Source: an uncultured Erysipelotrichaceae bacterium
Lineage (GTDB): Bacteria > Bacillota_I > Bacilli_A > RF39 > UBA660
Assembly: GCA_902773675.1 (NCBI GenBank)
Contig: CACYFN010000008.1
Coordinates: 1-57,357, forward strand
Reading direction: 5' to 3'
Length of the DNA stretch: 57,357 nucleotides
Numbering within the stretch: the stretch's first letter is position 1; each line of letters starts with the position of its first letter. The notes below the pieces were generated by a model, which ran no database searches, was not told the origin of the DNA, and saw nothing but the letters and a program-made list of their open reading frames with translations. This document shows, piece after piece, positions 28,906 through 40,055 of the stretch. A program made the position numbers and the translations under genes.

Positions 28906-29670
28906 GTGGAAAATTTTGAAAATGATATTCAAGAACAAAAAAGTAATTTTAAAAGTTTAGAGGATAAAATAAAGGCAGTTATTAGTGGTTGTAGTTCTAA
29001 AACTTTAAAAAGGGTTGATGAAAATATAGATGGTGTGAGAAATTCTAATAGAGGTGAACAACATATCTTAGAAAATGGATTGTCAGTTTATATTTTTTAT
29101 AAAGATGATCAACCAATTAACTATTGGGTTTCTTCATCTCCTTTATATGAAGAATATGAATTTACTAATCATTTTGGTGTTCATAAAGGTTTTAAATATT
29201 CTGGAGGTGCTGGAATAGAATATACTAGTGGAGGACGTGATAATAGTTTAGTTTTTAATGCTACTAATTATTATAATGGTAAGCAATTAGGGATTATTGG
29301 AAATCAATATGGTAGGTTAACTAAGTTAGCGGATACTGTTCCTACTATGAGTGGAGGATATAGTTTAGAATTTTCTACTGCTAGTCCATTAGTTGCAGAT
29401 ATGTTTAATGTCTCTAATTATCATGATTTAGGTAAATATGAAGATAAATGTGATTTGGAAAATTATTTAAAAAGTTTTCAACCTAAGTCTGATAATTCTA
29501 AAACTATAGTTTCTGATTTACAGGATTGTTTATCTAAAGTATCTGAAATTGTTAAGTCAAAGGAGCAATCTTATGATAAAAAAGGATTTTTAAAAAAGTT
29601 ATTAAGTAAAAATAAATCCTTAGATGCTGAAATTAATTCTTTTGAGGCTTTTGGTAAGGGAAGTAAATAA
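28906..29670 (+). CDS. Hypothetical protein
   Basis: GTG 28906 after aggaggt; ORF track start 28846 overlaps pgi. Confidence 0.65.
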   Translation: MENFENDIQEQKSNFKSLEDKIKAVISGCSSKTLKRVDENIDGVRNSNRGEQHILENGLSVYIFYKDDQPINYWVSSSPLYEEYEFTNHFGVHKGFKYSGGAGIEYTSGGRDNSLVFNATNYYNGKQLGIIGNQYGRLTKLADTVPTMSGGYSLEFSTASPLVADMFNVSNYHDLGKYEDKCDLENYLKSFQPKSDNSKTIVSDLQDCLSKVSEIVKSKEQSYDKKGFLKKLLSKNKSLDAEINSFEAFGKGSK

Positions 29671-29671
29671 T

Positions 29672-29833
29672 ATGAATTTTATTGATAGTATTATAGATAA
29701 GATATCTGAAAAAGAAGAATTGATTGATAGTTTAAGTGATGCTTAAATTGATTATTTAATAAATTATTTGCAAGTAAAAATTAAGGAAAAAGAAAACATT
29801 TTAAAAGAATTAAAAGAAAATTATAATAATTGA
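29672..29833 (+). pseudogene. Small coiled-coil ORF with one internal stop
   Basis: MNFIDSIIDKISEKEELIDSLSDA*IDYLINYLQVKIKEKENILKELKENYNN* fills the intergenic gap. Confidence 0.35.
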
Positions 29834-29850
29834 TAATATGGAGGATGAAT

Positions 29851-31824
29851 ATGTTTTGTAATAAATGTGGGGAAAAAAATCCTGATGATTCACAATTTTG
29901 TATTAAATGTGGATTAAAGATGAGTAATGATATTAAAGATAATAAAAAAGAAAAAGAAGATATAGCTGTGGGGGAAAATGATTTTAATAATGAAAATGCT
30001 ATGATGAAAAATTCAAATAATTCAAAAAAAGTTTTAATAATTGTTTTTTCAATTGTTGGTGGTTTAATTGTTATAGGAATTGTAATACTTTTATTATGGC
30101 TATTTGTATTTAAAAGGGGTGTTGATACTTATAAGGATTTATCTAATAATGTTAAAGATAATGTAATTGATAATTTTAATAATAATAAAGATGATAATAA
30201 AGATAATAGTGAAGGAGATAAGGAAGAAGTTAAACAAAAATCTGGTTTGAAAATTTTATTATATAAATCAGTTAATAGTGAATATATTAGTAGTTATAAT
30301 AGTTCTTTAGATAGTAAAAACTATTATGATAATGATAATTTTACTAATATTGGTAATTATGAATGTTATAGTAATAATTGTATTTATAAGGATGGATATG
30401 GTAATTTAATTCTTGTTTATGATGATGGTTTTATTTTATATGATATTAATACTAAAGAAGAGGTTAAATTAAATATTGATGTTGATTCATCTAATAATAT
30501 AAGGTTTATTTATTATGATAAAAAAGCTTATGGACTTAGTGTATTAAATAATAATAAATTTGCTTATTATGATTTGAATCAAAATAAGTATATTACTGGT
30601 TTTGAGTATAGTGGTTTTAATAGTGATGGTGCTCTTAAGTTTAATATGATAATTGGTTATAAAATGTCTGAGTCTGATGATATTGGTATGTATTCTGATG
30701 GTAATTATTATTTAATTAATGTAAAAAATGGTAATATTGAATATAATACTGATATAATACGTTATTTTGGAGCTCTTGAATTAAATAATCATATTTATTA
30801 TTCTAAATTAGTAGTTGATAATGAAGTTAGTAATCGTGAAATATATAATGATAAATTAGTTCGTATAGTTGATAATGTTAAAAATGTTGGACTTATTGAT
30901 AATGGTAATATAATGATTGAAAATGATAAAAATGGATTTAATATTTATAATTCAACTGGTAATTTGGTTAAAGAAAGTAAGGAATATACTAAAATTATGT
31001 TAATTGTTGATAATTATGTAGCAGTTATTGATAATGGATATTTAAAATTAATTGATTCAAATGAAAAAGAAGTTGCTAATTTTACTAGTTGGAATGATAA
31101 TATGAAATTTCATAGCATGATATCGGGATATTATAATGATTCTACTTCTAAAGTACATGGAGTATATTTGGTTGTTGAAGATGAATCTATTCCTGATGGT
31201 ACTAAAGGAAGAGGTAAAGAATACTATTATGGTACTGAAAATGGTGAAGTTGGTGTTATTGAACTTGAGTATGTAGGTGGATATGCTAAACCTGTATTAT
31301 ATTTATATCCAGAAGTGGAAACTAATGTTGAAGTTACTTTTGAAAAACAAAATATGTTAACTACTACATATCCAAAATATATTAATAAATGGAATGTAAA
31401 AGCATTTCCAAATGGTGATTTATATGATGAAAATGGTAGATATTATTATGCATTATACTGGGAAGAAATAAAAAATCATGATATTGATTTTAGTGAAGGT
31501 TTTTATGTTACTAAAGAAAATGCTATAAAATTTTTAGAGGAAAAATTAGATATTATTGGATTTACTCAAAGAGAAGCAAATGAGTTTATTATGTATTGGT
31601 TACCTATTTTAGAATCAAATGGTCAAAGTTTAGTTTATTTTGAGTTAACAGGTGAAAGAGAAGCATATAATAGATTAAATATTAGTCCTAAACCTGATTC
31701 TATGTTAAGAGTAGCTATGCATGTAAAGAAAGTTAATAATAAAGTAGATATTAAAGAACAACAATTAGATACATTTAATAGAGTTGGTTTTAGTGCTATT
31801 GAATGGGGTGGAATAATTCATTAA
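29851..31824 (+). CDS. Zinc-ribbon, single-pass membrane protein with conserved C-terminal KPVLYLYP...EWGG domain
   Basis: FCNKCG..FCIKCG, TM helix, AKPVLYLYPE, TTTYPKY, YYALYWE, EANEFIMYWLP, PKPDSMLRV, GFSAIEWGG. Confidence 0.8.
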   Translation: MFCNKCGEKNPDDSQFCIKCGLKMSNDIKDNKKEKEDIAVGENDFNNENAMMKNSNNSKKVLIIVFSIVGGLIVIGIVILLLWLFVFKRGVDTYKDLSNNVKDNVIDNFNNNKDDNKDNSEGDKEEVKQKSGLKILLYKSVNSEYISSYNSSLDSKNYYDNDNFTNIGNYECYSNNCIYKDGYGNLILVYDDGFILYDINTKEEVKLNIDVDSSNNIRFIYYDKKAYGLSVLNNNKFAYYDLNQNKYITGFEYSGFNSDGALKFNMIIGYKMSESDDIGMYSDGNYYLINVKNGNIEYNTDIIRYFGALELNNHIYYSKLVVDNEVSNREIYNDKLVRIVDNVKNVGLIDNGNIMIENDKNGFNIYNSTGNLVKESKEYTKIMLIVDNYVAVIDNGYLKLIDSNEKEVANFTSWNDNMKFHSMISGYYNDSTSKVHGVYLVVEDESIPDGTKGRGKEYYYGTENGEVGVIELEYVGGYAKPVLYLYPEVETNVEVTFEKQNMLTTTYPKYINKWNVKAFPNGDLYDENGRYYYALYWEEIKNHDIDFSEGFYVTKENAIKFLEEKLDIIGFTQREANEFIMYWLPILESNGQSLVYFELTGEREAYNRLNISPKPDSMLRVAMHVKKVNNKVDIKEQQLDTFNRVGFSAIEWGGIIH

Positions 31825-31892
31825 AAGATGACAGTGATGTTATCTTTTTTTCATATTTATAATTATTATTCATATTATTTAGTGGTGAAATT

Positions 31893-32957
31893 ATGAAAAA
31901 ATTAATATCATTTCCTCATATGGCTGATTATTATGTTCCTGCTAAATATTTTTTTAGTCATATTTTAGATTGTGATATAATGGTTGCTCCGCCAATTACT
32001 AATAAGACAATTGAACTTGGGAGTAAATATAGTCCTGATTTTGTATGTACTCCATTTAAGTTTACACTTGGGTCTTTAATTGAAAGTCTAGAAATGGGCG
32101 CAAATATAATACTACAATATGGTGGTGGATGTAGATATGGTTATTATTATCAATTACAAGATAAGATATTAAAAGATTTAGGATATAATTTTCAAATGAT
32201 TAATTTGGTTACTGCTGGTAAGACTGATATTAAAGATATTATAAAAAAATTAAAAATGATTGATTGTAAGTTTTCTAAAATAAAGGGTTTATATTATTTA
32301 TTAATTACTAAAAAGATGATTGAATATATGGATAATATTGATGATTATATTCGTAAAAATATTGGATTTGAAATTAAAGGTGGAGAATTAATTAAATTAA
32401 GAGATCAAATGTTATTAGAATTTAGTAATATTAGTGGTTATTTTAATTTAAAAAAAATATATAAGAAGTATTATAAAAAAATTATAAATATTAAAGTTAA
32501 TAAGCCAAGTAAACATTTAAAAGTAGGTATTATTGGTGAATTATATAGTGTGATGGAAAAATGTGCTAATTACAATTTAGAATATGAACTTGCAAGTAAA
32601 GGGGTAGAGATTACTAGATTTATGAATGTTTCTTATTTATTATTTAAACAAAATAAAAAGGTTAAAAAATATTTGAAAGAACTTAAAAATGTTAAGTATA
32701 AAATGGGAGCAAATAGTTTAGATAATATTTATTTTACTAAATGGTTATGTGATAATAAATATGATGGAATAATTCATATTAAATCTTCTTTTTGTACACC
32801 GGAAATTACTTCGATGGGAGTTATTAATAAAATATGTAAAGAAAATGATGTTCCTGTTATTTTTTTTAGTTTTGATGCTAATACTAGTGAGGTTGGTGTT
32901 AAAACTAGATTAGAGGCATTTTATGATATGATAGAAATGAGGAAAAATAATGAATGA
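31893..32957 (+). CDS. 2-hydroxyacyl-CoA dehydratase-related (CoA-activase partner) protein
   Basis: ELGSKYSPDFVCTPFK, GGCRYGYY, KVGIIGELY, DGIIHIKSSFCTPE, GVKTRLEAFYDM. Confidence 0.8.
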   Translation: MKKLISFPHMADYYVPAKYFFSHILDCDIMVAPPITNKTIELGSKYSPDFVCTPFKFTLGSLIESLEMGANIILQYGGGCRYGYYYQLQDKILKDLGYNFQMINLVTAGKTDIKDIIKKLKMIDCKFSKIKGLYYLLITKKMIEYMDNIDDYIRKNIGFEIKGGELIKLRDQMLLEFSNISGYFNLKKIYKKYYKKIINIKVNKPSKHLKVGIIGELYSVMEKCANYNLEYELASKGVEITRFMNVSYLLFKQNKKVKKYLKELKNVKYKMGANSLDNIYFTKWLCDNKYDGIIHIKSSFCTPEITSMGVINKICKENDVPVIFFSFDANTSEVGVKTRLEAFYDMIEMRKNNE

Positions 32958-33894
32958 ATGTTATTTAGGTATTGATATTGGTTCTATTTCTACTAAAGGA
33001 GTTGTTATTGATAATAATTATAATATAATTACTTCTTTATATATATGGACAAATGGTAATCCTATTGGTGCTGTTAGGAATTTAGTTAATGAATTAAAAA
33101 AGAATATACCTAGTAATTATGTTGTTAAAGGAATTGGTACAACTGGTAGTGCTAGAAAACTAATTGGGTTATTACTGGATGCTAATATTGTTAAAAATGA
33201 GATTACTGCTCATGCTATTGGTACTATTAATTATTATCCAGATGTAAGAACTATTTTGGAAATAGGAGGACAGGATTCTAAAATAATTTTAATTAATAGT
33301 GGTATTATTAGTGATTATGCTATGAATACTTTGTGTGCAGCTGGAACTGGCGCTTTTTTATCTAGTCAAGCTAAGAGACTTAATATTGATATTAATGATT
33401 TTAGTAATATGGCACTTATGAGTAATAATCCAGTTAAAATAGCTGCTAGATGTACAGTGTTTGCAGAATCTGATTTAATTCATAAAGCTAATTCTGGTTA
33501 TAAGTTAGAAGATATTGTAGCTGGATTATGTAAGAGTATTGTTCTAAATTACTTAAATAATGTTGGTAAAGGTAAAAAAATAGAAGGACCTATTGTATTT
33601 CAAGGTGGAGTTAGTAAAAATAAAGGGGTTGTTAAATATTTTAAAGAAGTATTAGGTACTGATATTATTGTGGATGATAATAGTCATTTGATGGGTGCGA
33701 TTGGAATAGCTATTTTATCTAGTAAAAATAAAAGTGATAAGATATATAATTTGAATATAAAAGATATTGATTTTGAAACTAAAGCTACTTCATGTATGGG
33801 ATGTTCTAATAATTGTGAAATATTAAAGGTTTTTAAAAATAAAAAATTGGTTGATGCATGGGGAAATAGATGTAATAAAACTATAAAATTATAA
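32950..33894 (+). CDS. CoA-substrate-specific enzyme activase (BadF/BadG/BcrA/BcrD ATPase)
   Basis: LGIDIGSISTK, NEITAHA, EIGGQDSK, MNTLCAAGTG, RCTVFAESD, QGGV, C..C.NNC. Confidence 0.9.
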   Translation: MNECYLGIDIGSISTKGVVIDNNYNIITSLYIWTNGNPIGAVRNLVNELKKNIPSNYVVKGIGTTGSARKLIGLLLDANIVKNEITAHAIGTINYYPDVRTILEIGGQDSKIILINSGIISDYAMNTLCAAGTGAFLSSQAKRLNIDINDFSNMALMSNNPVKIAARCTVFAESDLIHKANSGYKLEDIVAGLCKSIVLNYLNNVGKGKKIEGPIVFQGGVSKNKGVVKYFKEVLGTDIIVDDNSHLMGAIGIAILSSKNKSDKIYNLNIKDIDFETKATSCMGCSNNCEILKVFKNKKLVDAWGNRCNKTIKL

Positions 33895-33895
33895 T

Positions 33896-33924
33896 TTGAC
33901 AAGATATTAATAATATGATATTAT
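33896..33924 (+). promoter_or_regulatory. sigmaA promoter
   Basis: TTGACA-17 bp-TATTAT with extended TG. Confidence 0.65.
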
Positions 33925-33950
33925 ATTCTTCGCCTAAAGGGGGAAAGAAT

Positions 33951-34334
33951 ATGAATAATTATAAATTTAATAAAAAAGCTATTAAAAAATATTTAAAAAG
34001 AGGTTTTGCTTTAATAAGTGCTACTTTTGTAGTTGCATCTTTTAGTGGATGTAGTGAAGAATTTATTGAAAAAGGTTTTGAACCTGATGATGCTAGTATT
34101 GTTGCAAGTAAAGTTGAAGAGATTAATCGAATTAGACGTGAAGAAATAATTTCTGAATGTATTAAAGAAGGTAGATCTAGACATTTATCAGATGAAGAAA
34201 TTAATGATTTAATAAATGAAAAATTAGATAAAGAACATTTATTAAAAAAATCTGAAAAAGAAAATTGTGAAAGTAGTTTAAATAGTGAGTCTTCTTATGT
34301 AGAAGAAGAAACTTCTGTTTATTCTTATAATTAA
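33951..34334 (+). CDS. Hypothetical lipoprotein
   Basis: Basic N-terminus, hydrophobic stretch, FSGC lipobox; ATG 33951 after aggggg. Confidence 0.6.
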   Translation: MNNYKFNKKAIKKYLKRGFALISATFVVASFSGCSEEFIEKGFEPDDASIVASKVEEINRIRREEIISECIKEGRSRHLSDEEINDLINEKLDKEHLLKKSEKENCESSLNSESSYVEEETSVYSYN

Positions 34335-34367
34335 TTATGATTAATTTCATAATTTTTTTTCTTTGTA

Positions 34368-34396
34368 TTGACAAAAAAATATTTATAGTGTATAAC
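34368..34396 (+). promoter_or_regulatory. sigmaA promoter of topA
   Basis: TTGACA-17 bp-TATAAC upstream of aggagg RBS. Confidence 0.65.
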
Positions 34397-34424
34397 TTAA
34401 AAGTAAGCAAAAAGGAGGAAAATT

Positions 34425-36443
34425 ATGACTAAAAATTTAGTAATAGTCGAATCACCTAGTAAAACAAAGCCTATTGAAAAGTATTTGGGTGCTGGATATA
34501 AGGTTTTATCATCAAAAGGTCATGTTAGAGATTTATCTACTAAAGGTAAATATGGTTTTGGTGTTGATATAGATAATAATTTTAAGCCTGATTATATTAC
34601 TATGAAAGGTAAGAAAAGTGTAATTGATGAATTAAAAAAAGAAGCTAAGAGTGCTGATCATGTTTATCTTGCTACTGACCCTGATCGTGAGGGGGAGGCT
34701 ATTAGTTGGCATCTTTATGATTGCTTAAAATTAAAAGATAATGATTATGATAGAGTTGTTTTTAATGAAATTACTAAAAATGCTGTAGTTGAAGCTTTTA
34801 AACATTCAAGAAAAATTGATAAGGATTTAGTTAATAGTCAAGAAACAAGAAGAATTTTAGATAGAATTATTGGTTTTAGATTAAGTAAATTAATTCAAAG
34901 TAAGACTGATGGTAGTAGTGCTGGTAGGGTACAAAGTGTTGCTTTAAAACTTATTGTTGATCGTGAAAGAGAAATTGAAAATTTTAATTCTGAAGAGTAT
35001 TGGACTATTACTGGAGTGTTTGATAAGTTTGAGGCTGATTTATTTAAGTATTTAGATGATGAAATAAAGGTTTCTAATGAAGCTGAAGCTAATAATATAA
35101 TAAGTAAGTTAAGTAATAAGTTTTATGTTGAAAGTATTGATAAAAAGCAAAAGCAAAAATTATCTAAAATGCCTTTTATCACTAGTACTTTACAACAAGA
35201 TGCTTCTAATAAATTGGGTTTTAATGCTAAAAAGACTATGCAAATTGCACAAAAGTTATATGAAGGGATTGAACTTGAAAATGAGACTGTTGGTCTTATT
35301 AGCTATATGCGTACTGATTCTACTAGATTATCTCAAGATTTTGTAAATAGTGTATATCATTTTATTGAAGATAATTATGGTAAAGAATATGTAGGATTTG
35401 TAAAAAATAGTAAGAAGAAAGATAATGTTCAAGATGCTCATGAAGCTATTAGACCTACTAGTATTGATAGAACTCCTGATAAAGTCAAGTTTTATTTATC
35501 CAATGATGAGTTTAAGTTATATAGAATGATATATTATCGTGCTTTAGCTAGTTTAATGGCTCCAGCTATTACAGATAATACTACTTTAATACTTGATAAT
35601 AATAATTATAAATTTAAAGCAACTGGACAAGTTATTACTTTTGATGGATATTTAAAAGTATATAAAGATTATGAAGATACTAAGGATAAGGAATTACCTG
35701 ATATAAGTAGTAATAGTATTGAATCTAAAGATATAGTTAAAGAACAGCATTTTACACAACCTCCTTCAAGATATACTGAAGCTAAGTTAATTAAAGAGAT
35801 GGAAGATCTTGGTATAGGGAGACCTAGTACATATGCTACTACTATGGATATTATTAAGAAAAGAGGATATGCTAATATAGTTGATAAAAAATTTGTTCCA
35901 ACAGATATTGGTATTGAAATTACTGATAAGTTACAAGAATTTTTTAGTCATTTAATTAATGTTGAATATACTGCTAACATGGAAACAGATTTGGATAAAA
36001 TTGCTGAGGGGCAAGTTGATTATGTGAAAACTTTAAGGGATTTTTATGATGAGTTTGAACCAAGTGTTAAGAAGGCTTTTGATGCTATGCCTAAAAAGGA
36101 AGCTCAGGAGACTGGGGAAAATTGTCCTAATTGTGGAAGCCCACTTGTAATTAGGAAAGGTAGATATGGTTCGTTTACGGCATGTTCAAATTATCCTTCT
36201 TGTAAATATATAAAAAGTGATCCAAAAGAAGAAGTTATAGTATGTAAATGTCCTAATTGTGATGGAAATATTATTGAAAAGAAAAGTAAGCGTGGTAAAG
36301 TATTTTATGGATGTAATAATTTTCCTAAGTGTAAAACTGCTTATTGGGATAAACCTATAGGTGATGTGTGTCCAAATTGTAAGAATATGTTAGTTATACA
36401 TAATAATGATATTAAATGTAGTAGTTGTGATTATACTAAGTAG
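34425..36443 (+). CDS. topA: DNA topoisomerase I
   Basis: LVIVESPSK, LATDPDREGE, SAGRVQS, ISYMRTDS, QDAHEAIRPT, GIGRPSTY, C-terminal Zn ribbons. Confidence 0.97.
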   Translation: MTKNLVIVESPSKTKPIEKYLGAGYKVLSSKGHVRDLSTKGKYGFGVDIDNNFKPDYITMKGKKSVIDELKKEAKSADHVYLATDPDREGEAISWHLYDCLKLKDNDYDRVVFNEITKNAVVEAFKHSRKIDKDLVNSQETRRILDRIIGFRLSKLIQSKTDGSSAGRVQSVALKLIVDREREIENFNSEEYWTITGVFDKFEADLFKYLDDEIKVSNEAEANNIISKLSNKFYVESIDKKQKQKLSKMPFITSTLQQDASNKLGFNAKKTMQIAQKLYEGIELENETVGLISYMRTDSTRLSQDFVNSVYHFIEDNYGKEYVGFVKNSKKKDNVQDAHEAIRPTSIDRTPDKVKFYLSNDEFKLYRMIYYRALASLMAPAITDNTTLILDNNNYKFKATGQVITFDGYLKVYKDYEDTKDKELPDISSNSIESKDIVKEQHFTQPPSRYTEAKLIKEMEDLGIGRPSTYATTMDIIKKRGYANIVDKKFVPTDIGIEITDKLQEFFSHLINVEYTANMETDLDKIAEGQVDYVKTLRDFYDEFEPSVKKAFDAMPKKEAQETGENCPNCGSPLVIRKGRYGSFTACSNYPSCKYIKSDPKEEVIVCKCPNCDGNIIEKKSKRGKVFYGCNNFPKCKTAYWDKPIGDVCPNCKNMLVIHNNDIKCSSCDYTK

Positions 36444-36487
36444 TTGAAATTTTATAAATTTTTATATATAATTTTAATGGTGATATA

Positions 36488-36955
36488 ATGAAATTTGATA
36501 TTTGTAGATTAAATAGTAATATTGATAAATTTGTACCAGTTGATATTCATTATGAATTTAGTAAAGATGAAATGTCTGGTACTGATTTAATTAGTTGTAG
36601 TTGTGATATTAATGGAGAAATATATAAGAGTTTAACTGATGAATTAGCTGTTAATTTAGATATTAATGGTATAATGGTTTTACCTTGTGCAGTAACTTTA
36701 AAATCAGTTGAAATTCCATTTAGTATTCATATTGATGATGAAATTAGGGAAATTATAGAAAATTTTTCAGAAAATTATAAAAATAGTATTGATATTTTTC
36801 CAATTATATGGGAAAATATATTAATGGAAATTCCAATGCGAGTTGTTAGTGATGAAGCCAAAGATTATAAAATTGAAGGTGATGGATGGAAACTCGTAAC
36901 TGAGGAAGAACATAGTTCACCTTTTGATGAACTAAAAGATTTATTCGATGAATAG
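36488..36955 (+). CDS. yceD: YceD/DUF177 family protein
   Basis: LPCAVTLK, ENILMEIPMRVV, PFDELKDL; directly upstream of rpmF. Confidence 0.8.
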   Translation: MKFDICRLNSNIDKFVPVDIHYEFSKDEMSGTDLISCSCDINGEIYKSLTDELAVNLDINGIMVLPCAVTLKSVEIPFSIHIDDEIREIIENFSENYKNSIDIFPIIWENILMEIPMRVVSDEAKDYKIEGDGWKLVTEEEHSSPFDELKDLFDE

Positions 36956-36968
36956 TGAGGTGATATAA

Positions 36969-37154
36969 ATGGCAGTACCATTTAGAAAAGTTAGTAATAC
37001 TAGAGGTAGAAAAAGAAGAACACATTATAAGATAAGTGCTAATGCAACTGTTAAATGTCCAAAATGTGGAGAACCAGTAAGACCACATAGAGTATGTGAA
37101 AATTGTGGAACTTATAAAGGTAAAGAAATAATTGAAAAAGAAGAAGAAAAATAA
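36969..37154 (+). CDS. rpmF: 50S ribosomal protein L32
   Basis: [31 protein letters not shown]. Confidence 0.97.
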   Translation: MAVPFRKVSNTRGRKRRTHYKISANATVKCPKCGEPVRPHRVCENCGTYKGKEIIEKEEEK

Positions 37155-37211
37155 AATTTTTTTTCTTTTTTTTATTGTTTTTTTTTTTTCTTTTTGTTAT
37201 ATTTATAATAG

Positions 37212-39539
37212 GTGATTGTAGTGAGAAAGATAATATTATTTATTTTTTTAATATTTATATTTATTGTTCGTGTAAATGCTTATGATAATTATAAAGCTGG
37301 GGATATTCTTGAATATAATGGTAAGGAATATTATGTTTTATATGATAGTGATGGTAAAGATAATTATCTTACTTTAATGTATAAGGATTATTTGACGCAG
37401 GAAGAAATTAATAAATTTGGTGGGAATACTATTAAGAGTTCTACTTATTTAACTCAATTTTTTGATTCATCAAGTCATTATGTTACAAGTGACAGATTTA
37501 ATCAAACACTTATGAAGGAAATACTTGATAAATGGAGTAAGGATTTTTCTGATGATTTAGTTGAAGTTAATGGATATAAAGTTCGTCTTTTAAATAATGA
37601 TGATGCTACTAATTTAGATTATATTAGAAGATGTCAAGCTATAAATACTTTTTTTACGTATTATGCTAAATCTACTTTAAATGTTTCTAGTCTTGATATA
37701 ACACTTGATCCAAATGATCATACTAAAGAAATTGCAACTGCTATTATTAATGGACATACATATACTAATCCTTTTAATCCTGGCTCTGATGGTAATTTTC
37801 AATTATATTGTGAAGCATGTTCTGGTACTGATACTTTATCACATGTAAATGTACTAGATTATTTTAATGTAACTATTGGATATTATTGCGATGACATGGC
37901 TCCTTTAGGCAGAAGCTTATCTAATCCTAATCATTATGAGTGGTTAGATGGTGTTTATTGGACTATGATTCATATGTCTATAGATGGTGGTCCTGATAAT
38001 GTATTTTTTTCTTCTGGTGATGAATTTGAAGAAACTAATAAAGATGCAAAATATGGATTTAGACCTGTTATTAATTTAAAAAAATCTGTTTTAGGAAGTA
38101 AAACTGATTATAATATTGGGGATACAGTCGAGTATAGAAATTATAAATTTCATGTTATAAAAAATACTGATAATAGTGAGGATTATGTTGTTTTATTTAG
38201 AGATAATTTGTTTACTCAATTAGAAGTTTATAGTATATTATATGGAAATGGTTATGGTTATACTTCTTATTATTCAAATCCTCAGCATTGTAGTCCAGAA
38301 GGAGATTATGTTTTTTGTAAAGCATCATATAATACTTCTTTTGTCAGAAATATTTTGAATAATTGGGCTGTAGATAATTTTAATGATTTTGATTTAATTA
38401 AAGATATAAATGGTGAATTTGTTAGACTTTTGTCTTTTGATGAATTAAAAGATAATTTTGCTTATGAACCTGGAGAGGCGGGGTATGATGTTATTTTAAC
38501 TCCTACGGAAGATACTCCAGAGTGGTTTATTCCAAATACTCCTTTTTGGGTTAAATCTTTATATGAGTCTGAAACAGGTTATCATTCTGGTGGTTTCGTT
38601 TTGTATCCACAAATTGCTAAACCTGATGAGATATATCATTATCAGGCTGTTAGGCCAATATTAACTGTTAGTAAATGTGCATTTAATGATAGTGGATGTA
38701 ATAAACGTTATTGTAAAGAAGGATTAACACCTGTGTATGAAGAAATAACTCGTTCTATTAAAAATTATTATACTGGTGAGACAATTATTATAAATAACGA
38801 AAAATATATGGTTGTGGAAGATTCTGAAATTGAAGATAAAAATGTATATATTGTAAAATTACTTCCTTTATCTTTAGAAGAGGTAAATAAGTATGTTGAT
38901 GGTAGTTTTAATAGTGAAAATGGTTCAATACCATATAATTTGAAGTGTTTTAATAAATACAATGAGACTGGTGAATATGATGCTAATCTTTGTAATGATT
39001 CATATGATGATTCTTATTATAAAAAAGTAGTTAATAATTGGGCATTAGATAAATTTAAAAACTATTTTTATGATTCTAGATTACTTACTCTTGATGAAGT
39101 TCATTCTATTTTTTCATATTCTTCTATGCCTTATTTTGATTATGTAAATAATGTCAGTTTTATAAAATATGAATATACTGTTGAAACTCCTTTAGAAATA
39201 AAGGATAATAGTTATATTACTCCTGCTTTTGATATTATTAACAATGAGACTTATTTTTCATATTATGGTTCTGATGAATTAGGAAATTTATATTCCTCTT
39301 ATTATGTAAGACCTGTTATAAGTATAGATAAATGTGCAATTGAAGGTTCTTGTAAGATTGAACAACTTATAGTTGGTTGTTTAACTCCTGATGGGGAAAT
39401 AGTTCCTCCTGAAGTTTTAGATGTTCCTGTGGAAAATACTCTTAGTAATTTATCTTTGATTATGCTTTTAATAGGAATATTTGGTGTAGTTAGTGGATTC
39501 TTAATTATTATGTTTTATAAAAATAAGAGCTTAAAATAG
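37212..39539 (+). CDS. Secreted surface protein with three DUF6273-like repeats and VENT-TM tail
   Basis: Three modules Y..GD/E...Y/F.V ... W ... RLL ... RP(V/I)(I/L); C-terminal VENTLS + TM + KNKSLK. Confidence 0.7.
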   Translation: MIVVRKIILFIFLIFIFIVRVNAYDNYKAGDILEYNGKEYYVLYDSDGKDNYLTLMYKDYLTQEEINKFGGNTIKSSTYLTQFFDSSSHYVTSDRFNQTLMKEILDKWSKDFSDDLVEVNGYKVRLLNNDDATNLDYIRRCQAINTFFTYYAKSTLNVSSLDITLDPNDHTKEIATAIINGHTYTNPFNPGSDGNFQLYCEACSGTDTLSHVNVLDYFNVTIGYYCDDMAPLGRSLSNPNHYEWLDGVYWTMIHMSIDGGPDNVFFSSGDEFEETNKDAKYGFRPVINLKKSVLGSKTDYNIGDTVEYRNYKFHVIKNTDNSEDYVVLFRDNLFTQLEVYSILYGNGYGYTSYYSNPQHCSPEGDYVFCKASYNTSFVRNILNNWAVDNFNDFDLIKDINGEFVRLLSFDELKDNFAYEPGEAGYDVILTPTEDTPEWFIPNTPFWVKSLYESETGYHSGGFVLYPQIAKPDEIYHYQAVRPILTVSKCAFNDSGCNKRYCKEGLTPVYEEITRSIKNYYTGETIIINNEKYMVVEDSEIEDKNVYIVKLLPLSLEEVNKYVDGSFNSENGSIPYNLKCFNKYNETGEYDANLCNDSYDDSYYKKVVNNWALDKFKNYFYDSRLLTLDEVHSIFSYSSMPYFDYVNNVSFIKYEYTVETPLEIKDNSYITPAFDIINNETYFSYYGSDELGNLYSSYYVRPVISIDKCAIEGSCKIEQLIVGCLTPDGEIVPPEVLDVPVENTLSNLSLIMLLIGIFGVVSGFLIIMFYKNKSLK

Positions 39540-39631
39540 CTCTTTTTAATTGATTTTTTTTTATTTTTTTGATAATATTATTATAGGTGAGGGTGTGTTT
39601 AAAAATAGATTAAATATGTTTTTATTGTTAT

Positions 39632-40033
39632 TTGCAATTATTATTTTATGCTTTAATTGAAAAAAAAGATAGTTATGATATTTTTGATTATAAGGGTAAT
39701 TTATTAAAGTCTTTTAAGAAAAATAATAGTTCGGTTAAACCTACAGCTAGTAGTGTTAGTAATTATATATCTATTTATTATGATAATAAAAGTTATATAT
39801 TTGATTTAAGTAATGATAAAGAATTAATAGTATTAAATGATAATTATTATGTTAGTGAAGTAAATAATAATATTTTATTATTGAAAAATAAAAGTTCTGA
39901 TGAAATTTTAGTTATTAATGGTATGAGAAAGATACTTGAATTAGATAATTGTTATCAAGCATCATTTGTTGGTAATAAATTAAAATGTTTTTCAGGTGAT
40001 GATGCTTATAAATATTATGATTTAAAGTGTTAA
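39632..40033 (+). CDS. Hypothetical protein, possibly fragment of a disrupted secreted protein
   Basis: Signal-peptide-like MFKNRLNMFLLLFAIIILCFN* begins at GTG 39595 in a different frame. Confidence 0.4.
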   Translation: MQLLFYALIEKKDSYDIFDYKGNLLKSFKKNNSSVKPTASSVSNYISIYYDNKSYIFDLSNDKELIVLNDNYYVSEVNNNILLLKNKSSDEILVINGMRKILELDNCYQASFVGNKLKCFSGDDAYKYYDLKC

Positions 40034-40055
40034 TTTATTAGAAAGAAGGATTTTT